Origin: an uncultured bacterium
GTDB taxonomy: Bacteria > JACRDZ01
Length of the DNA stretch: 64,000 bases
Assembly: GCA_964457585.1 (NCBI GenBank)
Contig: CAYWFU010000006.1
Coordinates: 8,846-72,845 of the forward strand
Reading direction: 5' to 3'
Shown here: piece by piece, positions 30,970 through 42,563 of the stretch
How positions within the stretch are numbered: position 1 is the first letter of the stretch
Layout of the letters: every line of letters begins with the position of its first letter
Made by a program: the position numbers and the translations under genes
Notes under the pieces: generated by a model
Database searches by the model: none
Told to the model about the DNA's origin: nothing
What the model saw: the letters and a program-made list of their open reading frames with translations, nothing else

Positions 30970-32337
30970 TTATATACTTACTTTTTTCATTCCACTATCA
31001 AGTGAAGTATCATATATTTCACGTGTAACAACTATTGCGGTGAACATACTGATTATTATACCAAACGATAATGTAACAGCAAATCCTTTTACAGGACCTG
31101 TTCCAAATATATATAGAGCAACAGCAGTAATTAAGGTAGTCAGATTTGAATCAAAAATACTTGAAAATGCTCTATCATAACCATTATCAATTGCAGTATG
31201 TATGGTTTTCCCTGTGCGTATTTCTTCTCTGATGCGTTCAAAAATAAGTATATTTGCATCAACAGACATACCTATGGTAAGTATTATTCCAGCAATACCA
31301 GGCAAGGTTAAAGTAGCTTTAAATATTGCCATTGCTGATAAAAGAAAAACAATGTTTAATATAAGCGCTACAATGCTTATTAATCCTGACAAATTATAAT
31401 ATATAACCATAAAAAGTATAACACATGCAAGTCCTATTAAACATGCGATAATTCCATTTTTTATTGAATCTTTTCCAAGTGAAGGACCAACGATTCGGGT
31501 TTCAGATATTGTAACTGGCGCTGGTAAAGCGCCTGCTCTGAGTACTATAGCCAGGTCTTTTGCTTCATCCATGCTAAATGAACCGGAAATTTGCGCTTTC
31601 CCATTTGGGATACGATCTCGAATAACAGGCGCTGAATGAATATTTCCATCTAAAACTATTGCAAGTTTTTTTCCAATATTATCCCCTGTTACTTCTGCAA
31701 ATTTTTTTGCTCCTTCTTCATTAAATTCCAATTCAACAAAAGGCTCATTCCATTGTCCGCCAATTTGAACATTAGCATTTACAAGATCCGCTCCTGTTAC
31801 TTTTGCTTCTTTTTTTAATAAAAATGACTGGGTTGAAATTTTGCCTGTTTCAGTCTTCGTTTTCATTGTTACTATTTCCTCGCCATCAGGAATATTCCCT
31901 TTTTTAGCTTCTTCTATATTCCCTGCTTCATCAACAAGTCTGAATTCAAGATGCGCTGTTCTTCCAATAAGAGATAATGCTCTGTCTGTATCTTTAATAC
32001 CGGGTAATTGAATTATGATTCTGTCCAGACCTTCACGTTGAATTATTGGTTCTGCAACTCCAAATTCATCCACACGATTTCGAAGAATTTCCTGTACAAC
32101 ATTAACTGCTTCGTCCTTATTTGCACCTTGAGGCAATTTACTTGTTTCTACCTGTAAAGCAACATGCATCCCGCCCTGTAAATCCAATCCTAAAGAAATT
32201 TTATTTTCTGGAAATACTTTTTTCCACCAATTAGGATATACAAATCCGAATGTTGGAAGAAGAGATAAAAAAGTAAAAATAATTAATCCGAAGATAGTAA
32301 TTCTTATCCATTTTCTTTTTGCTTTGCTATAAGCCAT
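30970..32337 (-). CDS. secD: Protein translocase subunit SecD
   Basis: LGLDLQGG, LRAGALPAP, GMSVDANILIFERIREE. Confidence 0.96.
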   Translation of the reverse strand: MAYSKAKRKWIRITIFGLIIFTFLSLLPTFGFVYPNWWKKVFPENKISLGLDLQGGMHVALQVETSKLPQGANKDEAVNVVQEILRNRVDEFGVAEPIIQREGLDRIIIQLPGIKDTDRALSLIGRTAHLEFRLVDEAGNIEEAKKGNIPDGEEIVTMKTKTETGKISTQSFLLKKEAKVTGADLVNANVQIGGQWNEPFVELEFNEEGAKKFAEVTGDNIGKKLAIVLDGNIHSAPVIRDRIPNGKAQISGSFSMDEAKDLAIVLRAGALPAPVTISETRIVGPSLGKDSIKNGIIACLIGLACVILFMVIYYNLSGLISIVALILNIVFLLSAMAIFKATLTLPGIAGIILTIGMSVDANILIFERIREEIRTGKTIHTAIDNGYDRAFSSIFDSNLTTLITAVALYIFGTGPVKGFAVTLSFGIIISMFTAIVVTREIYDTSLDSGMKKVSI

Positions 32338-32371
32338 ATTATACCTTTCTTTATCTTTAATATTAAATTAA

Positions 32372-32427
32372 GCCTGATAAATCAGGCAACTACAAAAATT
32401 TAAATGTAGTTGCTCGATTTATCGAGC
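32372..32427. repeat. Inverted GTAG REP pair
   Basis: gcctgataaatcaggcaactac (32372-32393) and gtagttgctcgatttatcgagc (32406-32427). Confidence 0.75.
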
Positions 32428-32522
32428 GTTTCAAATTCCTGCACTTTAAAAATAACAATAACTGTTTAGTATACTTATTTAATTTTTGTTGTCAAATATT
32501 TTTTTTAGTTCTGAAAACAATG

Positions 32523-32550
32523 TTGACAAGAAATTTATATTTGATAGAAT
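32523..32550 (+). promoter_or_regulatory. Sigma70-type promoter upstream of the aminotransferase
   Basis: TTGACA-16 nt-TAGAAT. Confidence 0.6.
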
Positions 32551-32582
32551 CAGTATAAGAACTTATTAAGGAGACCTCAAAA

Positions 32583-33782
32583 ATGAGTATAGCAATATCA
32601 GATAGAGTGAAAATTCTTAGTCCATCACCAACTTTAGCTATTGATGCTAAAGCAAAAAAAATGAAGCAGGAAGGATTAGATATCATAAGTTTTGGCGCTG
32701 GGGAACCCGATTTTGATACTCCTCTAAATATTAAAAATGCCGGTATTAATGCTATAAAAAAAGGAGAAACAAAATATACGCCTGTAAGCGGTACACAAAA
32801 ACTAAGAGAAGTTATATGCGGTAAACTTTTAAATGATAATAATCTTAAATATTCACCAAATAATATTGTGGTTTCATGCGGAGCAAAACATTCTCTTTAT
32901 AATGTTTTTCAATGCATACTTAATCCCGGAGACGAAGTTATTATCCCGGTTCCATACTGGGTAAGTTATCCTGAAATGATAAAAACATCCGGCGGTAAAC
33001 CAGTGTACGTTAATACTAAAGAAGAAAAAAATTTTACTTTATCACCAGATGAATTAATCGCACATATTACTCCACGCACTAAAGCAATTATAATAAACAG
33101 CCCGAGCAATCCTTCAGGAATGATTTATGATAAAAATCAGCTTCAATCAATAGCAGATATAGCAATCAAAAACAATATTCTAATTATTTCTGATGAAATT
33201 TATGAAAAATTGATTTATGATGGATTATCGCATTTGAGTATTGCAAGTCTTAATGAAGCAATAAAAAAACTTACTGTTGTCGTTAATGGTGTTTCTAAAG
33301 CTTATTCCATGACTGGCTGGCGTATTGGATATATTGCCTGTGAAGCAGAACTAGCTCGCGCAGTTGAAAATCTTCAAAGTCATAGTACTTCTAATCCGTG
33401 TTCTATTTCTCAATCTGCAAGCATTGAAGCTTTAGAGGGACCGCAGGAAAAAGTTAGCGAGATGTTATTGCAATTTGATAAAAGAAGAAAATTAATGGTA
33501 GAAGGGCTTAATAAATTAAAAGGAGTAAAATGCAAAGCACCTCAAGGTGCATTTTATGCTTTCCCTGATATTTCCAGTTTAATTGGCAAAAGCTTTAATT
33601 CAAAAAAACTCGCATCATCCGAAGCAATTGCTGAATTTTTTCTTGAAGAAGCTAAAGTGGCTCTGGTACAGGGCTCTGCTTTTGGCATGGACAATTATTT
33701 AAGACTCTCATATGCTGCATCAGAAGAAAATATTGAAAAAGGATTAGCAAGGATGAGCGAAGCATTAAAAAAATTAATCTAA
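32583..33782 (+). CDS. Class I/II PLP-dependent (aspartate) aminotransferase
   Basis: GEPDF, NSPSNPSG, SDEIY, SKAYSMTGWRIG. Confidence 0.93.
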   Translation: MSIAISDRVKILSPSPTLAIDAKAKKMKQEGLDIISFGAGEPDFDTPLNIKNAGINAIKKGETKYTPVSGTQKLREVICGKLLNDNNLKYSPNNIVVSCGAKHSLYNVFQCILNPGDEVIIPVPYWVSYPEMIKTSGGKPVYVNTKEEKNFTLSPDELIAHITPRTKAIIINSPSNPSGMIYDKNQLQSIADIAIKNNILIISDEIYEKLIYDGLSHLSIASLNEAIKKLTVVVNGVSKAYSMTGWRIGYIACEAELARAVENLQSHSTSNPCSISQSASIEALEGPQEKVSEMLLQFDKRRKLMVEGLNKLKGVKCKAPQGAFYAFPDISSLIGKSFNSKKLASSEAIAEFFLEEAKVALVQGSAFGMDNYLRLSYAASEENIEKGLARMSEALKKLI

Positions 33783-33795
33783 AAAAGGAAATCAA

Positions 33796-34701
33796 ATGAA
33801 TTTTAAAGACTGGTTTTTAGAAACAAGGCCTCAATTTCTTATTCTTTCTGTAATTTTAATTTTACTTGGTACCTCAGTAGCATTTTATAATAATACCTTT
33901 AATCTAATAATATTTATTTTAACAATGATCGGTCTTGTCAATATGCATATCAGCTGCAATGTGCTTAATGATTATTACGATTATAAAAGCGGAATTGATC
34001 TTCATACTGCACCAACTCCATTTTCCGGCGGAAGCGGTTTTTTGCCATCAGGAAAATTAAATCCGCAGGGTGTTTTTAAGTTAGGAATGATAACCGCAGG
34101 TATAGGAATTTTAATAGGTATTTATTTCTGCTTAACTGTTGGATGGAAATTACTGCCTATTGTGATTGTTGGAGCAATCGCTACTTTTTTTTATAATACA
34201 TTTTTTTCAAAAATAATGGCTGGAGAAATTTCTGCCGGACTGGGATTAGGCTTGCTTCCAATAATTGGAACTTATTTTGTATATACAGGTGAGTATAATA
34301 CGCAATCATTTTTTGCAGGAATACCGCCGTTCCTTCTTGTATTTAATCTTCTGCTTTTAAACGAATTCCCTGATACTGAAGCAGATAAAAAAGGCGGCAG
34401 AAAACATATTGTAATTGTATTGGGACAAAAAACCGCAGCATGGATATATACAGCTTTTGCTATTTCCGTATATATCTGGATTGTTTTTGGGATTGCATCA
34501 GGAGTGATGCCTGTCTGGACAGTTCTGGGATTGCTTACACTCCCTCTTGCATTTAAAGCTATTCAGGGAGCTTTGAAATTCAGAGACATCCGTGAAAAAT
34601 TTATACCTGCGCAGGGCGCAAATGTTGGTATGGTTCTAATTACTCAAATATTATTAGCTTTAGGTTATTTTATCTCTCATTGGAGCAATATTAAAATTTA
34701 A
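33796..34701 (+). CDS. UbiA/MenA-like prenyltransferase
   Basis: NVLNDYYDYKSGID and NEFPDTEAD Asp-rich motifs; multiple TM helices. Confidence 0.85.
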   Translation: MNFKDWFLETRPQFLILSVILILLGTSVAFYNNTFNLIIFILTMIGLVNMHISCNVLNDYYDYKSGIDLHTAPTPFSGGSGFLPSGKLNPQGVFKLGMITAGIGILIGIYFCLTVGWKLLPIVIVGAIATFFYNTFFSKIMAGEISAGLGLGLLPIIGTYFVYTGEYNTQSFFAGIPPFLLVFNLLLLNEFPDTEADKKGGRKHIVIVLGQKTAAWIYTAFAISVYIWIVFGIASGVMPVWTVLGLLTLPLAFKAIQGALKFRDIREKFIPAQGANVGMVLITQILLALGYFISHWSNIKI

Positions 34702-34724
34702 GGGCTTGCCCAAAGGAAATATCT

Positions 34725-36611
34725 GTGACTAAACTACTTGATTTAATAAATAAACCCGATGATCTTAAAAAAATTCCACAAACGCAATTATCTGACTTAG
34801 CTCAAGAAATAAGAGAGACAATAATTAATACTGTTTCACAGACAGGCGGACATCTGGCATCCAGTCTGGGTGTTGTTGAGTTAACAATAGCTCTGCATTA
34901 TATATTAAATTGCCCGTCTGATAAAATTATATGGGATGTAGGACATCAATGTTATGCTCATAAACTACTTACCGGTAGAAAAAATAAATTCATGACTCTG
35001 AGGCAATTTGAAGGTATCAGCGGATTTCCGTGTAAAAGTGAAAGTGAATGCGATCCTTTTGGAACGGGACACAGCGGAACTTCTATTTCGGTAGCGCTTG
35101 GAATGGCAATAGCGCGCGATTTAAATCATCGTAACAATAAAATTGTCGCTGTTATTGGTGATGGCTCAATGACTTCAGGCATGGCTTTTGAAGCATTAAA
35201 CCATGCCGGGCATTTAAAAAAAGATTTAATTGTTATTTTAAATGATAATGAGATGTTTATCTCTCCCAAAGTTGGAGCGCTGGCTTCTTATCTTACACGT
35301 ATATTTTCAAGCCCGACATATACTCGCTTCAGAGAAGAATTCGATAATTTTCTGGAATCAATACCAAAAGTCGGTACTAAAGTTCACAATATAGCAAAAC
35401 GTTTTGATGAAAATATGCGTTCCTTATTTGCTCCTGGCATGATTTTTGAGGAAATGGGATTCGATTACGTAGGCCCTACTAATGGACATAATTTTAATGA
35501 TTTAATTAAGACAATTCAGAATATAGCTTTAATGAAGGGACCTGTTCTCCTGCATGTTATAACAAAAAAAGGTAAAGGATACGAACCAGCTGAAAAGTTT
35601 CCGGTTGCATTTCATGGAGTTGATAAATTTGAGATTTTAACAGGCAAAGCATTAAAAATAACTTCCGACCGTCCTTCATATACTAAAATTTTTGGTGATA
35701 CTATGATTGAGCTGGGGAAAGAATATAAAAATTTAGTAACGATTACCGCTGCAATGCCTGATGGTACCGGGCTAGCGAATTTTTCAGAGGTTTTTCCCGA
35801 TAGATTTTTTGATGTTGGAATCGCTGAACAGCATGCCGTAACTTTAGCCGCTGGCATGTGCAATGACGGTCTAAAACCTGTTGTCGCAATTTATTCAACA
35901 TTTTTGCAGAGAGCGTTTGACCAGATTATACATGATACCTGTATTCAAAATCTACCTGTTGTTTTTGCAATTGATAGAAGCGGGATTGTCGGGCAGGATG
36001 GAAAAACTCATCAGGGGATTTTTGACATATCTTATCTGCGTCTTATTCCAAATATTATTATAATGTCCCCACGCGATGAAAATGAACTCCGTCATATGCT
36101 GAAAACAGCAATAGAATATCGAGAACATCCTATAGCTATTCGTTATCCCCGTGCTGAAGGATTGGGGATTGAACTGGATAAAGAATTGAAAATTTTACCA
36201 ATCGGGAAAAGTGAAATTTTGGTTGAAGGTAAAGATATAGTAATTTTTGGTTTTGGATTTACAGTTCATTTAGCTCTTATAGCTGCCGGGATATTGAAAG
36301 AAAAGCACAATATTTGCGCAACTGTTGTTAACTCGAGATTTGCTAAACCACTTGATAGTGATTTAATAAAAAAATTTGCTCAAGAAATACCGCGTTTTGT
36401 AACTGTTGAGGAAAATACATTAATCGGTGGTTTTGGCAGTGCAATTCTGGAATTTCTTGAACAGGAGAACTTATTATCTAAAGTTAAAGTATCCAGAATA
36501 GGATTGCCTGATAAATTCATTGAACATGGACATCCGAAAATTTTACGGGATAAATATAATATTAAAAGTGATGCTATTGTATCAAAAGTGCTTGAGGTGA
36601 TGAATAATTAA
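34725..36611 (+). CDS. dxs: 1-deoxy-D-xylulose-5-phosphate synthase
   Basis: GGHLASSLG, WDVGHQ, GDGSMTSG..FEALN, GIAEQHA. Confidence 0.97.
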   Translation: MTKLLDLINKPDDLKKIPQTQLSDLAQEIRETIINTVSQTGGHLASSLGVVELTIALHYILNCPSDKIIWDVGHQCYAHKLLTGRKNKFMTLRQFEGISGFPCKSESECDPFGTGHSGTSISVALGMAIARDLNHRNNKIVAVIGDGSMTSGMAFEALNHAGHLKKDLIVILNDNEMFISPKVGALASYLTRIFSSPTYTRFREEFDNFLESIPKVGTKVHNIAKRFDENMRSLFAPGMIFEEMGFDYVGPTNGHNFNDLIKTIQNIALMKGPVLLHVITKKGKGYEPAEKFPVAFHGVDKFEILTGKALKITSDRPSYTKIFGDTMIELGKEYKNLVTITAAMPDGTGLANFSEVFPDRFFDVGIAEQHAVTLAAGMCNDGLKPVVAIYSTFLQRAFDQIIHDTCIQNLPVVFAIDRSGIVGQDGKTHQGIFDISYLRLIPNIIIMSPRDENELRHMLKTAIEYREHPIAIRYPRAEGLGIELDKELKILPIGKSEILVEGKDIVIFGFGFTVHLALIAAGILKEKHNICATVVNSRFAKPLDSDLIKKFAQEIPRFVTVEENTLIGGFGSAILEFLEQENLLSKVKVSRIGLPDKFIEHGHPKILRDKYNIKSDAIVSKVLEVMNN

Positions 36612-36620
36612 GGGATATTC

Positions 36621-37715
36621 ATGTATATAAAAAAAATTTTTATTATTTTTATTTTTTCTATTTTTATTGGATGTTCGCAATCATTGGTTAAAAAAGATAA
36701 CTCATCTGGTATTCGCGGTACAATAATTTATAATCAAAAACCTCAGAATAATATTTCAGTATTTGCATATAAAGATTTTTCTTCAAATTTAAAAGGAAAT
36801 GACTATATCGCTTATTTTGATTCAACTGGAAATGATGGTGGTTTTTCTATCAAACTCCCTCAAGGTAATTATATTATTGTTGCTAGAAGTAAGGATTTAG
36901 ATGATGATTTTTTTGGTTATTATGGGGGCAACCCTGTAACTGTCATAAATAATACTTATACAGCATTACGACTCGGTATTATTAAAAAACCTTCATGGAT
37001 GATTATTTCTTCTAATGAGGATACTACTTTAACAGGAATATATGGTATGGTACTGCATAATAATTCACCCCTGGCTGAAGCTAAAATAACAGCATATTTA
37101 AATTCTGATACTTTTTTTCGCGGTCTGGGCTTTGCTGAAACATTTACTGATTCTACTGGTAATTATAATTTATCTTTACCAATTGGCACATATTTTATTG
37201 TTGCGCATAAAAGAAATTCACCTGATGAAATAGGACCGCTTAACCCAGGTGATTATTTTGGTTATTATATAAATAACCCATTGGAATTGAAAAAAGGATT
37301 TATACCTGCTTTTATTGAGACAGTAATTAAGGGAAAAGGAAATCCTTCTGAATCAGTAATTACTGCATCCGGGACATTTGCAAAAAAAGAAAATTATATA
37401 AAAGGTAAAATAATAGATATAAATGGTAACCCAATCAGTAATGTATTTGCAGGATTATATTCCGATTCAAATATGATTGAAAAACCAATCTTTATGTCAG
37501 ATAAAACTGATAATACAGGTGAATTTAAAATATTCGTCAGTACTCCTGGAATTTATTTTCTTGGTGCAAGAGATAAATTTGGCGCACCGCCTAAAGAAGG
37601 TGAATACATGGGATGGTATGTTAGCACTCCTGACCATTCAATAAATATTTCATCTGATGAAAAAATTGAAAATATAAAAATAATTGTTGACCTTGTGCCG
37701 GCAAGCGGGGAATGA
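36621..37715 (+). CDS. Lipoprotein with three tandem beta-sandwich (carboxypeptidase-regulatory-like) repeats
   Basis: Lipobox FIGC; repeated G.F/Y...LP.G.Y.I.A...G.Y..NP units. Confidence 0.65.
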   Translation: MYIKKIFIIFIFSIFIGCSQSLVKKDNSSGIRGTIIYNQKPQNNISVFAYKDFSSNLKGNDYIAYFDSTGNDGGFSIKLPQGNYIIVARSKDLDDDFFGYYGGNPVTVINNTYTALRLGIIKKPSWMIISSNEDTTLTGIYGMVLHNNSPLAEAKITAYLNSDTFFRGLGFAETFTDSTGNYNLSLPIGTYFIVAHKRNSPDEIGPLNPGDYFGYYINNPLELKKGFIPAFIETVIKGKGNPSESVITASGTFAKKENYIKGKIIDINGNPISNVFAGLYSDSNMIEKPIFMSDKTDNTGEFKIFVSTPGIYFLGARDKFGAPPKEGEYMGWYVSTPDHSINISSDEKIENIKIIVDLVPASGE

Positions 37716-37721
37716 GGATAG

Positions 37722-38873
37722 ATGCAGAATATATATAAAAAAATACTTTTATTACAGTTTATATTTTTAGTTTGTATTTTATCTCGCGCTAGTTTTGCAT
37801 GGGAGTTATCTTCGGGGAAAACAATGCAGGAGATTTCAAATAAACTCGATGAAATTCCATATAAATCCAAAGCCTCCTCAGGTTCATTATTAACAATATT
37901 TAAGGGATTAAATGAATATAAACAAAAAATCGCTGATCATAATAAAAATAAAGCCGGTATCCCCTATGATAATCAAACAATATATTTACCGGAGTTTAAA
38001 AAAATTTTATTTCCTTTAAAATCAGGAATAACAATTGTCGGCAATTTAGCTGTTATACCATTTAAAAAAGCTCCTGTTATAATTATTATTCATGGAATGC
38101 TTGATAGTAAAGCGCAGAAATATGTATATGAAGTGGCAAATACAGCTCTGTCTGAATGGGGTTTTCATGTATTAACATTAGATTTAAGAGAACATGGTGA
38201 AACATGGGGTAAAAATAATATTTATTCAACTTGTGGATGGAAAGAAAGTGAGGATGTAATTGAAATTGCAAATTTTTTACATACATTACCTGAAATCACA
38301 AAAGTTTGTTTGCTAGGATTTAGCCTGGGCGCAAATGCGGCGATTATTGCTGCCGGTAAGGAGAACAGGGATTTATGTTTTGATGGCGGTGTTATAGCTA
38401 TTTGTCCTCCGGCAGATTTAAAAGAAACTATTGATAATCTTGACAAAAATGTTTTTATTTTTACATTATTTCGATATATTCTTATTAAATCAATTAGAGG
38501 AAAATTAAAAAAACGGATAAAAAATCAGCCGGAAATATCATCGCAAATCAATGATTATAGTTTTAAAATATACTTTGAAAAATTAATATATCCTGCTTAT
38601 CAAAAAGAACTTAAAAATATAGATGAACTTTATTATAGAAGCAGTTCGATAAATTTTATTGAAAGAGTAAAACTTCCTTTACTTATTATGTATGCTGCAG
38701 ATGATCCAATTGTAAGCAGTGAGCAATCTGAAAAATTAAAAAATAAATCTCTTAATAATTCATGGGTAAATATAAAAATATTTGAAGATGGCGGACATAT
38801 TGCTTTTATGTATTATGATCGTAAATGGTTTTTTGAGTATTTAAAGACTTTTTTCCAGTATTGGGCAGTATAA
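37722..38873 (+). CDS. Exported alpha/beta hydrolase (YheT-like)
   Basis: IIHG, DLREHG, GFSLG nucleophile elbow, AADDP, GGHIAF. Confidence 0.8.
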   Translation: MQNIYKKILLLQFIFLVCILSRASFAWELSSGKTMQEISNKLDEIPYKSKASSGSLLTIFKGLNEYKQKIADHNKNKAGIPYDNQTIYLPEFKKILFPLKSGITIVGNLAVIPFKKAPVIIIIHGMLDSKAQKYVYEVANTALSEWGFHVLTLDLREHGETWGKNNIYSTCGWKESEDVIEIANFLHTLPEITKVCLLGFSLGANAAIIAAGKENRDLCFDGGVIAICPPADLKETIDNLDKNVFIFTLFRYILIKSIRGKLKKRIKNQPEISSQINDYSFKIYFEKLIYPAYQKELKNIDELYYRSSSINFIERVKLPLLIMYAADDPIVSSEQSEKLKNKSLNNSWVNIKIFEDGGHIAFMYYDRKWFFEYLKTFFQYWAV

Positions 38874-38892
38874 CATTTTTGAAAAGGTTATC

Positions 38893-41361
38893 ATGAAAAA
38901 TTGGTTAAATAGAATTAGTTCAGGATTTTTTTTTATCTCTCTCACAACTTTAATTTATGAAATTCTTTTAATAAGGATTCTTTCTGTTTTAATGTTTTAT
39001 AGTATTGTTTCGCTTACTGTTTCCTTATCGCTTTTTGGAATAGGGCTGGGGGCGCTGTTTGTCTATCTTTTTCCGGATAAATTTCAAAAACAAAATATTC
39101 CAAAATTTGCCGGAATTTATGCATGTACAATAATTATCCCGAATCTTTTATTTATAATTATAGATTTATATCCAATGTATTTTTCTAACATAATAAACAT
39201 TTTCCACCCACCATTATATCAACCTTTTAAAACAACTTTTTATACATCAGGATTATCAGCTCAAACTTATCTTTATTTAGCAATTTTCTTTTTGTTAATT
39301 ACTATTCCATTTTTTTTTAGCGGAATAACAACAAGTCTTCTGATTTCATCCTATAATCAGGATATCAGTAATCTTTATTTTTTTGATTTAATTGGAGCAA
39401 GCTGCGGGAGTTTTTTAGTTATACCTTTGCTAAATTATTTTGGACCTTTACCATCTATTTATATAAATTCAGGATTAGCATTCACAGGTGTGTTTTTGCT
39501 TTTAAACAAATCATCTGCAAAAACAACTATAGCTTTATTCAGTATAATCGTATGTTTAATGTTTATATCATGGAGCTCTTTTTATTATCAAGTACCTGAA
39601 ATCAAATTTGTAAGAGGGCAATATGAACCAAATATACTTTATTCAAAATGGAATGCAATGTCCAGAGTTGTTGTGTATTCAGGTAAAATACAAATGTTTC
39701 CGGATAGAATAGGCAATACTCATGGCTATATAAGCAAAACATATGATGGTAATTTACCAGATCAAAAAGGTATGGTTATAAATGATACAGGATATACGCT
39801 CCTGATTAATTTTAATAATGATTTAAAAAAAGTTGAATTTGTTAAATATCTTATTAATTCTTTTGTATACCATCTGGATGAAAATAGCAAAAAAAATGTA
39901 TTAATCATTGGACCTGGAGGCGGAGAAGATATATTAGGAGCATATTCTTTTAATCCTGCTTCTATTACAGCAGTAGAACTTAATCCAACTGTAGTTGAAA
40001 TTGTTAATGACCGTTTTCGTGATTTTACCGGAGCTCCATATCGTCTTCCGCGAGTAACAACAGTAATTGAAAATGCCCGCAGTTTTATAAAATATTCTCC
40101 CAACAAATATGATATTATTTTTGGTTCATTGGTATTTGAATGGTTTGAACCAGTAGCAGGAGCATTTACATTAAGTCAAAGTAATTTATATACATTTGAA
40201 GGATTTTCAGATTATTTTAATCATCTTACTCCTGACGGAATTTTTAATATCTGCCGTGTTAGCGATAGGCGCTCTCTGCGTTTTACAGCAATGGCAATAG
40301 AATCTCTGAAAAAGATTGGCAAAAAAAATCCCGCACAGCATATATTTATTGCAACCAGCGGAAGACGCGGAGGAGGATTTGGGAGTTTCATTTTTAAGAA
40401 AAGCCCATTAACTGTTAAAGAACTCGAAGTATTAAAAAATACTGCGAATAAAATGAATTTTAAAATATTGTATTCACCCGATTTAAAAATTAAGAATAAA
40501 TTTTATGATCTAATAAAAACACAAAATCTCAATGATTATTATCAAAAGAATGAGTATAATTTTAGACTTGCAACAGATGATAAACCATTTTTTGATTTTT
40601 TAATTAAACCATCAGTATTTTTTTCAACAAATTTCTGGCTTGAATCTTCCAATTTTGAGGATCAATCAATATATATATTAAAAATCTTTTTTATTTTTGC
40701 CGTTATTATGGTGGGAATTTTATTTGCTATTCCTTTTATATTTTCAGCAAAAACAATTAGCAATAATAATTTCAATACTTCACTTATACTTATTTATTTT
40801 GGTTGTCTTGGATTTGGTTATATGCTGATTGAAATAGCCTTAATGAATAAATTCAATGTACTGATTTCACATCCAACTCTTTCTATCTCAATCATACTAT
40901 TTTCAATGTTATCAGCAGGCGGATTTGGAAGTTTAGCAACAAATAAAATTAAAAGTGATTTGAAAAATCTTATTATAATACTTCTAATTTTAAATATTAT
41001 AATTTTTGTTTATATTATATTTGTAAATACATGGCTAAAAAGCATTGATGACAGTAGATTTTTATATCGGACAATAAAAAGCATACTAACTCTTTTACCA
41101 TTGAGTTTTTTTATGGGAATGCCATTCCCGTTAGGATTAAAAGTACTTAAAAATGAAAATTCTATAATTCCCTGGATATGGAGTATTAACTCAGGAATGG
41201 GAGTATTAGGCGCAATGTTCGCTTTCATATTTGCGCTCAATTTTGGTTTTACTTATACACTTTATATTGCTTTTGGAATATATTTATTAGCAATAATGAT
41301 TTGTATATTGATGGCTATTAAGTCTTCACAACTTAAGTTCAAAATAGTATTTAATTTTTAA
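38893..41361 (+). CDS. Polytopic membrane protein with a central spermidine-synthase-like SAM-binding domain
   Basis: TM clusters either side of VLIIGPGGGED, AVELNP and ENAR.FI. Confidence 0.8.
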   Translation: MKNWLNRISSGFFFISLTTLIYEILLIRILSVLMFYSIVSLTVSLSLFGIGLGALFVYLFPDKFQKQNIPKFAGIYACTIIIPNLLFIIIDLYPMYFSNIINIFHPPLYQPFKTTFYTSGLSAQTYLYLAIFFLLITIPFFFSGITTSLLISSYNQDISNLYFFDLIGASCGSFLVIPLLNYFGPLPSIYINSGLAFTGVFLLLNKSSAKTTIALFSIIVCLMFISWSSFYYQVPEIKFVRGQYEPNILYSKWNAMSRVVVYSGKIQMFPDRIGNTHGYISKTYDGNLPDQKGMVINDTGYTLLINFNNDLKKVEFVKYLINSFVYHLDENSKKNVLIIGPGGGEDILGAYSFNPASITAVELNPTVVEIVNDRFRDFTGAPYRLPRVTTVIENARSFIKYSPNKYDIIFGSLVFEWFEPVAGAFTLSQSNLYTFEGFSDYFNHLTPDGIFNICRVSDRRSLRFTAMAIESLKKIGKKNPAQHIFIATSGRRGGGFGSFIFKKSPLTVKELEVLKNTANKMNFKILYSPDLKIKNKFYDLIKTQNLNDYYQKNEYNFRLATDDKPFFDFLIKPSVFFSTNFWLESSNFEDQSIYILKIFFIFAVIMVGILFAIPFIFSAKTISNNNFNTSLILIYFGCLGFGYMLIEIALMNKFNVLISHPTLSISIILFSMLSAGGFGSLATNKIKSDLKNLIIILLILNIIIFVYIIFVNTWLKSIDDSRFLYRTIKSILTLLPLSFFMGMPFPLGLKVLKNENSIIPWIWSINSGMGVLGAMFAFIFALNFGFTYTLYIAFGIYLLAIMICILMAIKSSQLKFKIVFNF

Positions 41362-41465
41362 ATTTATTTATATCCGCTAAAGGATTACAATAAATTACAA
41401 AAGCAAATTATTCCTTAGTGCCTTTGTAACTATCTTATATTTTATGTTTAACTAATACTTCATAA

Positions 41466-42530
41466 CTATTCTACTGCAAATTTTGCCACCATATCTCCTA
41501 CATCACTTGTGCTGTAACCCATTTTGCCGGCAGACAGGCTTTTTAATTTTTCTTTAACTACTTTTATAATTGCTTTTTCAATTCTATTCGCTGCATTTGG
41601 AAAACCTAAATAATCAAGCATCATCTGCCCTGCTCCTATTGCAGCAAGCGGATTTATTATATTCTGCCCGGTATATTTAGGAGCTGAACCGCCAATAGGT
41701 TCAAACATTGAAACTCCCTGAGGATTAATATTTCCACCAGCGGCAATTCCCATTCCACCCTGAATCATTGCGCCTAAATCAGTAATAATATCTCCAAACA
41801 TATTATCAGTCACGATAACATCAAACCATTCTGGATTTTTTACCATCCACATACAGGTTGCGTCAACATGAGCATAATCAGTTTTTATATCTGTATATTC
41901 TTTTGCAATCTCTTCAAATGCCCGCATCCATAAATCAAAAGCAAAAGTTAATACATTGGTTTTGCCGCAAAGAGTTAATTTATTGTTTTTCTTTCTTTTT
42001 CTTGTAAGATCAAAAGCAAATCTAAGACAGCGTTCAACACCGCGCCGTGTATTAATTGATTCCTGTATTGCAACTTCGTCCTGAGTCCCTTTTTTCAAAA
42101 ATCCGCCTGCTCCGGTGTAAAGCCCTTCAGTATTTTCACGAACAACAATAAAATCAATATCATCCGGAGTTTTATCTTTAAGAGGAGTATCAACTCCAGG
42201 ATAAAGTTTTACCGGACGCAGATTTATATATTGATCTAATTCAAATCGCAATCTTAACAAAATACCTTTTTCCAGTATCCCGGGTTTAACATCAGGATGA
42301 CCTATAGCTCCAAGATAAATTGCATCAAATTTTTTTAGTTCCTGAACTACACTATCTGGAAGAACTTCACCTGTTTTCAAAAATCTAGCACCGCCTAAAT
42401 CATAATGCACTGTTTCATAATTAAAATTTTCTATTTTAGATACTGCTTTTATTACTTTCAACCCTTCATTAATAACCTCTGATCCTGTGCCATCGCCAGG
42501 AATTGCTGCAATTTTAAAACTTTTTCCCAT
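41466..42530 (-). CDS. leuB: 3-isopropylmalate dehydrogenase
   Basis: [36 protein letters not shown]. Confidence 0.9.
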   Translation of the reverse strand: MGKSFKIAAIPGDGTGSEVINEGLKVIKAVSKIENFNYETVHYDLGGARFLKTGEVLPDSVVQELKKFDAIYLGAIGHPDVKPGILEKGILLRLRFELDQYINLRPVKLYPGVDTPLKDKTPDDIDFIVVRENTEGLYTGAGGFLKKGTQDEVAIQESINTRRGVERCLRFAFDLTRKRKKNNKLTLCGKTNVLTFAFDLWMRAFEEIAKEYTDIKTDYAHVDATCMWMVKNPEWFDVIVTDNMFGDIITDLGAMIQGGMGIAAGGNINPQGVSMFEPIGGSAPKYTGQNIINPLAAIGAGQMMLDYLGFPNAANRIEKAIIKVVKEKLKSLSAGKMGYSTSDVGDMVAKFAVE

Positions 42531-42563
42531 AAAATTTAAATCTCCTTTCTTATTTATTAAATC

